NCBI GenBank assembly: GCA_016178135.1
Contig: JACOTW010000012.1
Span: 1,064-65,063 of the forward strand
DNA from: Candidatus Saccharimonadota bacterium
GTDB lineage: Bacteria; Patescibacteriota; Saccharimonadia; Saccharimonadales; JACOTW01
Direction of reading: 5' to 3'
Length of the DNA: 64,000 bases
Both the position numbers and the translations under genes were made by a program. Positions within the stretch are counted from its first letter, which is position 1. The number at the start of each line of letters is the position of its first letter. The notes under the pieces are model-generated. The model searched no databases. It saw only the letters and a list, made by a program, of their open reading frames with translations, and had not been told where the DNA came from. Positions 39,969 to 48,587 of this stretch are shown piece by piece.

Positions 39969-40250
39969 ATGATTAGACATCTACGCTGTGAACCTGTTCT
40001 GGACTCGGAACTTGAAGATTGTTTTAATAATGTAGAAAGCTTAGTCGCAGCAAAAATAGCTGCAGAGCAAATATCAGGCACAAACCAGCGTGTGGATTTG
40101 GCTGCAGTCCGGATTATTGAAATTTTCAATAGAGCTGCCGATGAAGGTACGTGCTCCGCTCGTTTAATACTCAACTCCGAAGGTATTTTCGGGCCAGCCT
40201 GCCCACTTAGTATAGATGCATGCCCGTATCAAGCAGCTACTGAGAGTTAG
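39969..40250 (+). CDS. Hypothetical protein
   Basis: 93-aa ORF; TTGACA promoter-like motif upstream. Confidence 0.5.
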   Translation: MIRHLRCEPVLDSELEDCFNNVESLVAAKIAAEQISGTNQRVDLAAVRIIEIFNRAADEGTCSARLILNSEGIFGPACPLSIDACPYQAATES

Positions 40251-40331
40251 AAAAATCAATGTCATGCAGTAGGGTTTCCAATTACGAATAACCAAATAAT
40301 TGTACTGAACGGTGCAGCCAATTGGCAAAAA

Positions 40332-40526
40332 GTGCCGTATGCACCATACGAACAAGTGCCTGAGCGTGTCTGGAGGTTTGATGGAACTACAGATGTGCAT
40401 GCAGTTACAGGTAAGGGATACACATCACGTAACCGTTTATTGGTATACGCGGATGGTGAAGATACTAAGTTCACCCAAATTTTTGAAGACGAGTACGACC
40501 CGGCTCCAGAGACATCGCAGATATAG
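40332..40526 (+). CDS. Hypothetical protein; stop codon supplied by a family B TIR
   Basis: 64-aa ORF ending in the TAG of TATAGCCCCC. Confidence 0.4.
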   Translation: MPYAPYEQVPERVWRFDGTTDVHAVTGKGYTSRNRLLVYADGEDTKFTQIFEDEYDPAPETSQI

Positions 40527-40544
40527 CCCCCGCAAAACAAATTC
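40522..40544. repeat. Solo family B TIR
   Basis: TATAGCCCCCGCAAAACAAATTC. Confidence 0.8.
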
Positions 40545-40569
40545 CCTCACACGGCTTTTATATAGAGTA

Positions 40570-40599
40570 GTTATCGACCTCGACCAAGACCCTGCACAA
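40570..40599 (+). repeat. Cassette-junction repeat R6
   Basis: GACCTCGACCAAGACCCTGCACAA versus R1 GACCTCAGACATGACCCTGCACCA. Confidence 0.7.
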
Positions 40600-40636
40600 T
40601 GCAACTCAAAGCTAACCTAGATGCTATAATCGCACT

Positions 40637-40882
40637 ATGGAATTACTAGGATATATTGGCACAGTACTTACTATTACCGCCTTTTTGCCTCAAACTCTAC
40701 AAACGATTAAAACTCGTCAAACGAGAGATATATCCCTACTGACATATATTATTCTTGTGATTAGTGCTTTGGTATGGACGATATATGGTATCGGGACACA
40801 TGCCGCCCCCATTGCTATTACAAATAGCGTGGTCTTCTTGTCGAGCTCAGTGATTCTATTTCTCAAAATAATCGAAAAATAG
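40637..40882 (+). CDS. SemiSWEET/PQ-loop transporter
   Basis: AFLPQ..T..T.DIS, W..YG, three TMs. Confidence 0.85.
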   Translation: MELLGYIGTVLTITAFLPQTLQTIKTRQTRDISLLTYIILVISALVWTIYGIGTHAAPIAITNSVVFLSSSVILFLKIIEK

Positions 40883-40885
40883 CCC

Positions 40886-40910
40886 AAGTTTCAGTAATAA
40901 ACATGCACCA
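40886..40910 (+). repeat. Cassette-junction repeat R7 (degenerate)
   Basis: TCAGTAATAAACATGCACCA versus R2 TCAGCAATGATGCTGCACCA. Confidence 0.5.
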
Positions 40911-40970
40911 TAACCGTATGTGTAATGGATAAATGACGTCAATCTGTTCTTTTTTTGCTAAGATGAATTT

Positions 40971-41527
40971 ATGATTGCAATACCACAGGAACTAATTAAG
41001 GAAATTTCTGATCGTAATAATTCTGGCGTTCTCCTAGTGGCCGTCGATGAGGTGCGGAGGTGCGGGGAAAAGTACGGCTGCAACAGAACTAGCTTCTAAG
41101 CTAGAGGGTAGTCAGATAGTACATATTGACGACTTCTATAAACCAAAGGAACAGAGGATGGAAATAACCGACCAAACTCCAGTTCACATTAATTTTGAGT
41201 TTGAACGGTTAAAACAAGAAGTGCTTGAACCTTTGGGGCGTTTGACCGTAGCTAAACCATACTTCTGCCGGGGAACAGCTCAAAGCTCAACCGAATGGTA
41301 TTGTTGTTGTTGAGGGCCTCGGGACATTGGGAACGGAGCTTAGAGACTATTTCGACTACAAGATTTGGGTCGACTCTCCCGAAGCCATAAGGCGACAACG
41401 AGGCATTGGGCGTGATACTGTGGAATGGACAAGAGTTTGGGACGAAGAATACCTGCCCCAAGATGCTCGTTATGTCAATGAACAGGCACCCCAGAATGTA
41501 GCTGACTGGATACTGAGAAATGAGTAA
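40971..41527 (+). pseudogene. Uridine kinase-like pseudogene with two frameshifts
   Basis: VAVD / CGGAGKST, HIDDFY, VVVEG, FDYKIWVD split across frames. Confidence 0.75.
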
Positions 41528-41545
41528 TATTGATACTGCAGCATC

Positions 41546-41575
41546 CTGGGGATAGGCAGCTTTGGCCAAGTCCAG
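41546..41575. repeat. Eroded family-A end
   Basis: CTGGGGATAGGCAGCTTTGGCCAAGTCCAG. Confidence 0.5.
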
Positions 41576-41582
41576 CTAAAGT

Positions 41583-42236
41583 CTAGATAATAACTCGCTT
41601 GGGGCGTAGAACTCGGCGTGGCTTGGCTGAGCTAGAGACATGTTTCTTGATGCGTTCTTTTATTTGATCAGCTTCGGCCTGCATACCGGCAACTTCATAA
41701 GCGTGAGCTAATAATCCGTAGCTTTCCTGATTCGGCTCAAGTTTAACGGCTCGCTCTAGTTCGTCAAGCATGAGTTTGAAGTTACCCAGTTTTTCTTGAA
41801 CTTTTGCATAGGCAATATGTCTTGCGGCCAGCTCTTCTTCGAGCTTTAGTGCCTCCTCAAAAGCGGTGGCTGCTTTTTGGTAGTTTTCTGTTTCATAATA
41901 TATTAGTCCTAGATTGTGCAGACTTGAGGCCGTGGGCTCAATACTCGAAGCGATTTCAAAACAATCAATAGCGTCTTTGTATTCTCGTTGCTTAGCATAC
42001 AGAATACCTAAACGGTTGTAGGCGGCAGCGTTTTTTTCATCAATCTTAAGAATTGTCAGCAAAGCTTTTTCGGCCCTCAAAAATCTGTTTTCACGCATAC
42101 CCTGGTGAGCAATGTCCCAAAGCTTGCCTAGTTTATCGCTTATTTTACGCGATAGAACTGAAAGTTCTTCATCGCGAATGCGCGTATTGCGATAAACTAA
42201 AATTCCAAATCCTACCACCAAAGCAAGTTCATACAT
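41583..42236 (-). CDS. Tetratricopeptide repeat protein
   Basis: AYNRLGILY, LHNLGLIY TPR motifs. Confidence 0.85.
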   Translation of the reverse strand: MYELALVVGFGILVYRNTRIRDEELSVLSRKISDKLGKLWDIAHQGMRENRFLRAEKALLTILKIDEKNAAAYNRLGILYAKQREYKDAIDCFEIASSIEPTASSLHNLGLIYYETENYQKAATAFEEALKLEEELAARHIAYAKVQEKLGNFKLMLDELERAVKLEPNQESYGLLAHAYEVAGMQAEADQIKERIKKHVSSSAKPRRVLRPKRVII

Positions 42237-42251
42237 GATTCCGTAATTATA

Positions 42252-43121
42252 CTACAGACTGACCATAAGTGAACTTAATAATAGCTTAATATTGGGTTTG
42301 TGTTTAAGCGATGTTTCGGCTTTAAAAAGTTCTTGCATTCGCAAATGCCAGCGTTTGCTCAAAGTCAAGTCGCCTTTTTCGATAGATTGAATCAGCGCCG
42401 CTCGGCTAACTTGTTTTAGTGCGTAGAAAAGCGAGGTAAGTTCTTCTTTTTTACCAACAAGACTATCGACTTCTATCAGTCGCTGATACGTGGTTGATCC
42501 CAGGAGCTTTTTAGCCAGATTCACATGTTGGTTCAATATGTTTTCTGTGTTTTGAGTCAAGAGGCTGTGCATTAGTCCAATCTGCCCACTACTTACGTGG
42601 TATGCTCGAACGATTTCTTGATTGGTAATTCCCTGCTTGCTAAAAAAATCAATAAGCTCTGTTTTTGATGGAGCGAGTAAACGGGCGTGCTGTACCCTTG
42701 AATATATCGTACTACGCAAACCACGTTCGCCATTTTCGGTTAGGATGATTCTTGTATCAAGTGGCGGCTCTTCTAGTATTTTTAAAAGAGCATTTTGAGC
42801 TTCTATGGTCATACTTTCTGAATTTTCTATTACAATAACCCGACGAATCGTTGCTTTGCCCGATGTTTTAAGTTGAAGAAAATGCCGCAAATCTCGTACA
42901 GCATCGATGCCAAGTGAATTTTCACCCCCCCGTAAACGCATGAATCCTGGATTGATAATAAGCTTGTCGAGCTTGACATCAAGTAATCTACCGGCAAGAT
43001 TTAATGCTACGAATTTTTTGCCCGCGCCATTTGGACCACTGATGAGCAGGGCGTGTGCTTGGCTTTTAATGAATTGCTCAAGTTGTGCGGAAACTGTTTT
43101 ATTTATTAATAAGTCCATCAC
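42252..43121 (-). CDS. holB: DNA polymerase III delta-prime
   Basis: HALLISGP.G.GK, AQNALLKILEEPP, TI.SR. Confidence 0.85.
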   Translation of the reverse strand: MMDLLINKTVSAQLEQFIKSQAHALLISGPNGAGKKFVALNLAGRLLDVKLDKLIINPGFMRLRGGENSLGIDAVRDLRHFLQLKTSGKATIRRVIVIENSESMTIEAQNALLKILEEPPLDTRIILTENGERGLRSTIYSRVQHARLLAPSKTELIDFFSKQGITNQEIVRAYHVSSGQIGLMHSLLTQNTENILNQHVNLAKKLLGSTTYQRLIEVDSLVGKKEELTSLFYALKQVSRAALIQSIEKGDLTLSKRWHLRMQELFKAETSLKHKPNIKLLLSSLMVSL

Positions 43122-44188
43122 GAATCCAGTAAATTAAAAAATTCTTCGGGTACTGGCACCTGAAATGTCATGTGCTTACCATTTTTCAGTGTAAGCTCTA
43201 GTTTTTCGGCGTGAAGGTATAGCCGATCAGCGGACTGGCCGTCGTATATCGTATCCCCTACAATAGGATAGCCTAGCTTTTTTAAGTGCACGCGTAGTTG
43301 ATGGGTGTGCTCAGTGCGCGGTTTTAGTTCAACTAAATCATAATTTTTTCCTGATTTAACAACATTGTATTCCGTTTGTGCCGTTTTGCCATTTATGCCA
43401 GTTCTAAATGTCTGTGGATGCTTAGGATTCCGCTCTATAGGCATATCAATAATCGCATGCGCAGGTATAATATGGCCAAAAACCACTGCTTTATAAGTTT
43501 TATATACCTTACGTGTAGAGAATTGCTTTTGAAGCCAGCTAAGCGAAGTATTGTTTTTGGCGCAAATAATAACCCCAGAGGTCGCCCTATCCAGACGATG
43601 AACAATCCCCTCTCGAGTTTGCATGGAAGATTTCTGCGAGTCCGATAAACTGGACTTACCCAAAGCTCCCTCATCCCCAGACCGACTAACCTCGGCTACA
43701 AACAGTTTTTCCTCTCTCGATGTACCTTCAGGTACCTCTCCTTCAGACAAAACTGTTTTCGCTCGAGCTGATTCGCCCTGGGAACGAGGGATTTTGCGTA
43801 AGTCCAGTAAACTAGTATTTTGTTGTCTAGCATGTTTATTCAAGTGATCGAATAGCCAAGTTGCGATGGTTGCTTCGGGATTGAACGCTCCTTTGCTGTG
43901 CGTCAACAACCCAGCTGGTTTATTTATAACAACACAGTCGTCATCTTCGTACAAAACCGGCAATTCTATTCTGGGTATATCTTCAGTTGTATTTGGATCA
44001 AAATCAATGTTAATTTGATCTTCTAACCTTAGTTTATATCCGGTTTTTTTGATCTCGTCTCCTACAGTTATAAACCCTCGGTTGCATAATTTTTGAACAT
44101 GCGCCCTACTGATTTGAGGTAATTTGTTATGTACAAAAACATCAAGCCTCTCTCCTGCAGAGGTTTTAGGCACCGTTACTTGTATCAT
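43118..44188 (-). CDS. rluD: RluA/RluD pseudouridine synthase with a 54-aa in-frame insertion
   Basis: S4 domain, NKPAGL, HRLDRATSG, HQLRVH, GD..Y. Confidence 0.9.
   Translation of the reverse strand: MIQVTVPKTSAGERLDVFVHNKLPQISRAHVQKLCNRGFITVGDEIKKTGYKLRLEDQINIDFDPNTTEDIPRIELPVLYEDDDCVVINKPAGLLTHSKGAFNPEATIATWLFDHLNKHARQQNTSLLDLRKIPRSQGESARAKTVLSEGEVPEGTSREEKLFVAEVSRSGDEGALGKSSLSDSQKSSMQTREGIVHRLDRATSGVIICAKNNTSLSWLQKQFSTRKVYKTYKAVVFGHIIPAHAIIDMPIERNPKHPQTFRTGINGKTAQTEYNVVKSGKNYDLVELKPRTEHTHQLRVHLKKLGYPIVGDTIYDGQSADRLYLHAEKLELTLKNGKHMTFQVPVPEEFFNLLDS
43650..43807. mobile_element. Family A MITE (158 bp), in-frame in rluD
   Basis: TIRs; TAAA on both flanks; net 162 bp. Confidence 0.9.
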
Positions 44189-44189
44189 G

Positions 44190-45275
44190 CTACGTACGCA
44201 ATCCTACGGCTTTTTGAACTTTAGCGAGTATTGTTTCAGCAATTTTACACATAGCGGTCTCGCTCATTGCCAACTTTTGCTCCAATGCTTTAGTATCAAC
44301 CATTTCTAATTTTGTCTGAAAATCCTCTAAAAATTGCCCCGTTAATATCGCGACGGCTTCTTTGAGTGGACCGTATTGCTTGGAACCGATAAATTCATGC
44401 TTTCTTCCGCCGAATAGCTCTAAAATATCCAATAAATTACTTATACCTGGCTGGGTAGTATAGTCATATTTGATCTCGCCTAGACTATCAGTAGTTGCGG
44501 ATTGAATTTTTTTGTGAGCTTGTTCCGGCGTATCATTTAAGAATATAACTCCCTTGCCCGATGCATCTGATTTACTCATTTTTTTAGCGGGATCAAGTAA
44601 ATCGCGTATACGTAGACCTTGGTCTTTGCCGAAAAATTCATGCTGCTCTTTAGCTGATTTCGGTACGATAAATAATTCACCAAACTTACTATTCATTCTT
44701 TCGGCAATATCACGTGTAAATTCCAGGTGTTGTTTTTGGTCATCTCCAACCGGTACGTATATAGCCCCATACAAAAGTATATCCGCAGCCATAAGTACAG
44801 GATAATCGAATAGCCCCATACTTACATGATTTTGTTGAAACGCATTCTTTGGATTAGCAGAAAAGGAATCTTGTCGAGCTGATTCACCCTGAGAACGAGG
44901 GATTTTGCGTAAGTCCAGTTTATCCTTAAACTGGGTCATGCGAGACATCTCTCCAAATCCAGTAAAACTATTCAGAATTATAGTAAGCTCACTATGTGCC
45001 GGCACATAACTTTGACGATAAATGTGTATATTTGGGTTGTCCAGCGGCAAACCAGCGGCTGCAAATACCCGCAGGTTATTCATAATGCCAGCCTGAAGTT
45101 GGCTGTGATCAATCGGTGTAGTAAAACTATGTAAGTCCGGAACGAACAAATTGATTTGATAATCATCGGCATGCCGTCGAGCCATATCAATTATAGGCAA
45201 AAGCGCCCCCAGATAGTTGCCTATATGTAGGTCATTATTAGCCCTAAGTCCGGTCAAAATCACTGGCTTATTCAT
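44190..45275 (-). CDS. trpS: Tryptophan--tRNA ligase with an in-frame MITE remnant
   Basis: HIGNY, YPVLMAADIL, GDDQKQH, KMSKS; start MNKPV. Confidence 0.95.
   Translation of the reverse strand: MNKPVILTGLRANNDLHIGNYLGALLPIIDMARRHADDYQINLFVPDLHSFTTPIDHSQLQAGIMNNLRVFAAAGLPLDNPNIHIYRQSYVPAHSELTIILNSFTGFGEMSRMTQFKDKLDLRKIPRSQGESARQDSFSANPKNAFQQNHVSMGLFDYPVLMAADILLYGAIYVPVGDDQKQHLEFTRDIAERMNSKFGELFIVPKSAKEQHEFFGKDQGLRIRDLLDPAKKMSKSDASGKGVIFLNDTPEQAHKKIQSATTDSLGEIKYDYTTQPGISNLLDILELFGGRKHEFIGSKQYGPLKEAVAILTGQFLEDFQTKLEMVDTKALEQKLAMSETAMCKIAETILAKVQKAVGLRT
44874..44918. repeat. Truncated family A end, in-frame in trpS
   Basis: Encodes LDLRKIPRSQGESAR directly after MTQFKDK. Confidence 0.85.
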
Positions 45276-45327
45276 TGGTAATAGTATACACGAGTTACGG
45301 CGACAGCTAAAAACGATTGATTGTATA

Positions 45328-45484
45328 TAGGACTTACGCACTTTGTTACCAATGCCAGAGTGTAGCTGGGTGAGCGAAAACGGTTCAGGTTCTGGAGGGG
45401 TAGCCATAGCTACACCGAGAGAACATGGGCCGTTTGTAGCCACATAGGTTAAGTCTGGTGTGGTAAGAAAGTGCGTAAGTCCTA
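45328..45484. mobile_element. Family-A relative with TAGGACTTACGCACTTT termini
   Basis: 17-bp TIR, TATA on both flanks, core GGTAGCCATAGCTACA. Confidence 0.85.
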
Positions 45485-45491
45485 TATAATT

Positions 45492-45899
45492 TTAACGCTT
45501 AGTGAACTGGCGTTGCTTGCGGGCACCTTTGAGGCCAAACTTCTTGCGTTCTTTTTCGCGTGGATTACGACTTAGTTGATCAGCACGACGCAGGGTACTA
45601 CGAAGGTCTTCGTTCATAAGAGCCAGGGCCTTAGCAATACCTAGACGGATGGCGTCAACTTGTCCGCTTGAACCGCCACCGGAAACCTTGGCGCTTACAT
45701 TGAATTTATTCTCTATTTCAAGAACAGTGAATGGACGTTGAAGTGCGTTGAGTAAATACTTACTATTTTCCAGGTAGTTTTCCGCTGGTTTACCATTAAT
45801 GACGATATCGCCCTTACCGGAAGTTAAACGCACACGTGCAGTGGCGCTTTTGCGACGCCCGAGTGCGTAGAAATAATTTTGCTTAGATGTAGTAGCCAT
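45492..45899 (-). CDS. rpsI: 30S ribosomal protein S9
   Basis: GRRKSA.ARV, ERKK.GL..AR. Confidence 0.97.
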   Translation of the reverse strand: MATTSKQNYFYALGRRKSATARVRLTSGKGDIVINGKPAENYLENSKYLLNALQRPFTVLEIENKFNVSAKVSGGGSSGQVDAIRLGIAKALALMNEDLRSTLRRADQLSRNPREKERKKFGLKGARKQRQFTKR

Positions 45900-46342
45900 T
45901 ACTTACCTTTCTTAACTGAATATTTTTCAGGCTTTTGGGCTTGATGATTATGTTCGCTACCGGCGTAAATTTTTAGTCGTGCCAAACGTTCGTCGCGCAA
46001 TTTATTGACTGGAAGCATTCCACGAATAGCCCTATATACTGGAAATGTCGGATCTTTGGCGAGTTTTTCGGTCAAAGTCGCGGTTTTTAGTCCGCCAGGA
46101 TAGTGGCTGTGGTGGTAATATTTTTTGTCCTCAAGTTTGTTGCCAGTCACTACTATTTTTTCGGCATTAATAATCACTACGAAGTCGCCACAGTCAATAT
46201 GCTTGGTGAACATCGGCTTATTTTTACCAGTTAGCAAGGTTGCTACTACTGAAGCCATACGACCAAGAGGCATTTCGGAGGCATCAATAACATACCACTT
46301 TCTTGCAACCTCAGACGGTTTGGCGCTATAAGTTTTCATCAT
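45899..46342 (-). CDS. rplM: 50S ribosomal protein L13
   Basis: WYVIDA...LGR, DCGDFV. Confidence 0.97.
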   Translation of the reverse strand: MMKTYSAKPSEVARKWYVIDASEMPLGRMASVVATLLTGKNKPMFTKHIDCGDFVVIINAEKIVVTGNKLEDKKYYHHSHYPGGLKTATLTEKLAKDPTFPVYRAIRGMLPVNKLRDERLARLKIYAGSEHNHQAQKPEKYSVKKGK

Positions 46343-46804
46343 TTATTCCTTCTCCTCGGTCTTTGTTGGCTGTTTTTTGGTAGCAGCAGGTTTACTGGTA
46401 TTGGCTTTTTTAACAGTGGTAGCTTTTGCTACAGGCGCTTCTTTTAGATCATCAACAAAACTAATTCTGGCCATTTGACTGTTATCGCCACGACGTAAAA
46501 CAGTTCGCTCTATTCGCAGATGGCCACTTGTTCGACCTTTTAGCTTTGGAGCAATGTCGTCAACCAGCTTATGGGCCATTTCAACTGTCTGTAGATCGGC
46601 AATTATCTGTCGCCGATTATGAAGATCACCTTTTTTTGCTTTAGTGATCAGGTGTTCAACATAAGGGGCTACCTCCTTAGCTTTTGGCAAAGTAGTTTCA
46701 ATCGATTCATATTTAATGAGTGACTCTGCCAGACTCTTGATGAGTGCTGTTCGTTGATCGCGTTCTCTGTGAAACTTCCGACCTTTATATCCATGCCTAT
46801 GCAT
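46343..46804 (-). CDS. rplQ: 50S ribosomal protein L17
   Basis: IETTLPKAKE, RRGDN. Confidence 0.95.
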   Translation of the reverse strand: MHRHGYKGRKFHRERDQRTALIKSLAESLIKYESIETTLPKAKEVAPYVEHLITKAKKGDLHNRRQIIADLQTVEMAHKLVDDIAPKLKGRTSGHLRIERTVLRRGDNSQMARISFVDDLKEAPVAKATTVKKANTSKPAATKKQPTKTEEKE

Positions 46805-46848
46805 AGTCAACCTCCGGCTGTAATAATTCGGAATTCGTATAACGTATA

Positions 46849-46878
46849 CTGGACTTGTACAGAGTCGCTTGCTCCCAT
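46849..46878. repeat. Eroded family-A end between rpoA and rplQ
   Basis: TATA-CTGGACTTGTACAGAGTCGCTTGCTCCCA. Confidence 0.45.
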
Positions 46879-46936
46879 ACCAAAGGAGAGATATCTGAGT
46901 TTACTGTTTTACGTTCTACGCTACACGCACTGTTCA

Positions 46937-47881
46937 TTATAGTTCCAGTTCTGCCATTTTCTCTTTAGCTTCATCTAGGGCTTTGCTACCGAAACCTTTA
47001 AGTTCGCGCAACTCGCTATCACTAAGTGAAAAAAGATCCTTTAGTGTATGAATATCGTTATTAATAAGCGCATTTGTAGTACGCGCTGACAAATTTAGAT
47101 CTTCTATGGGTGTCATTAATTCCGCAGTATCATCGTTGTCAAATTCTATATGTTGGTCTTCTTTTTCTTTGGCATGTGGGGACGAGACTTCAATGCGAGT
47201 TTGACCGGCCAAGGCAGTGTATTGATTGACTAATATAGCCGATGCTTCTTCGAAAGCGTCGCTTGGGCTTATAGAACCGTCAGTGTCGATTGTTATAAGC
47301 AATTTGTCTAGGTCGGTCATCTGCCCTACGCGAGTATTCTCTATTTTGTAACGAACACGCAGAACGGGACTAAAGATAGCATCAAGTGCTATCATATCCG
47401 TATTTTTACGGCTAGAACCTTCTTCTATTGTCCGGTAACCTCTGCCAGTTTCTACTACTAAGTCCATGGTCAGATTTGATTTATCATCATCTATTGTGGC
47501 AATTAGATGTTCTGGATTTACGACTTCAACATCAGCATTTTTCTGGATATCTTTAGCTGTAACCTTACCCTTGCCATTCTTAACAATTCGCAAGGTTTGA
47601 GGTTCATCGCTAAAGATACGAAAACGAACACTCTTAAGATTAAGCATGATATCTACGATGTCTTCTTTTACACCTGGTAAGGTAGTAAATTCGTGCGAAG
47701 CACCTTCAACCTTGAAGGCAGTAATTGCTGCTCCGGCTATCGAAGATAGTAATACGCGCCGTAAACTATTACCAAGAGTCATTCCGTAGCCCGTGTGTAG
47801 GGGTTCGATGACAAACGTTGCGCTAGAAGGACCATGCTCATCAACGCTGACTAGTCCTGGGGTATGAATTATTTTTGACAT
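46937..47881 (-). CDS. rpoA: RNA polymerase alpha subunit
   Basis: EPL..GYG.TLGNSLRRVLLSS. Confidence 0.97.
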   Translation of the reverse strand: MSKIIHTPGLVSVDEHGPSSATFVIEPLHTGYGMTLGNSLRRVLLSSIAGAAITAFKVEGASHEFTTLPGVKEDIVDIMLNLKSVRFRIFSDEPQTLRIVKNGKGKVTAKDIQKNADVEVVNPEHLIATIDDDKSNLTMDLVVETGRGYRTIEEGSSRKNTDMIALDAIFSPVLRVRYKIENTRVGQMTDLDKLLITIDTDGSISPSDAFEEASAILVNQYTALAGQTRIEVSSPHAKEKEDQHIEFDNDDTAELMTPIEDLNLSARTTNALINNDIHTLKDLFSLSDSELRELKGFGSKALDEAKEKMAELEL

Positions 47882-47900
47882 TGTTCTTTTCTCGCCTCCC

Positions 47901-48521
47901 TTAGCGTGAGTAATATTCCACGATTAGTTGTTCATTAATATCCGGCTCGGCCTCTTCGCGGGTTGGCACGCCGGTTACATTGATCTCAAACTTCTTACGA
48001 TTGACCTTTAGCCAGTTCGGCAACTCTGACGGAGCCGGACTAACATCATCAATTTTCTTGAAGTACTCGGTTGTTTTACTACGACCGCGAAGTACTAAAA
48101 CATCACCGGTCTGTAATCTAATAGAAGGTATGTCAACACGACGACCATTTAACATGAAGTGTCCGTGCGTAACCAGTTGTCTGGCAGCACGACGGCTAGG
48201 AGCAAGGCCAGCACGATACACGGCATTATCGGCGCGTTGTTCCAGGTATTGTAACAGTAATTGGCCTGATTGACCTTTTGTGCGGGACGCTTCTTTCATA
48301 AGTCTACTGAATTGCCGCTCAAGTAAACCATAGAGTCTTTTGACTTTTTGCTTTTCTCGAAGCTGTAATGAATACTGGCTAGCCTTGTTACGCATATTAT
48401 AGCCACCAGCCTGTTGTCCGGGTAAGGCTGTTCGTTTTGCTAGTGCTTTATGTGCCTTGGGATGCAGTGCATAGCCTTCTCGCCGACTCATTTTTACAAT
48501 GCTTTGAGTATCTCTAGCCAT
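47901..48521 (-). CDS. rpsD: 30S ribosomal protein S4
   Basis: QLREKQK, ARQLV.HGH, IVEYYSR. Confidence 0.97.
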   Translation of the reverse strand: MARDTQSIVKMSRREGYALHPKAHKALAKRTALPGQQAGGYNMRNKASQYSLQLREKQKVKRLYGLLERQFSRLMKEASRTKGQSGQLLLQYLEQRADNAVYRAGLAPSRRAARQLVTHGHFMLNGRRVDIPSIRLQTGDVLVLRGRSKTTEYFKKIDDVSPAPSELPNWLKVNRKKFEINVTGVPTREEAEPDINEQLIVEYYSR

Positions 48522-48587
48522 TACAAATCTCCAGTTTCAACAATCTTGTACTAATCAAATTTTCTGTCTTATAGGTTCTATACATAC

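Noticed and set aside
38114..40910. Junction repeats as a CRISPR array or classical attC sites
   Set aside because: The spacers are whole genes of variable length, there are no cas genes, and I see no RYYYAAC..GTTRRRY palindromic attC architecture.
43650..43807. In-frame insertions as inteins or self-splicing introns
   Set aside because: No N-terminal Cys/Ser or C-terminal His-Asn intein motifs, too short for group I/II cores, and they carry TIRs with target duplications.
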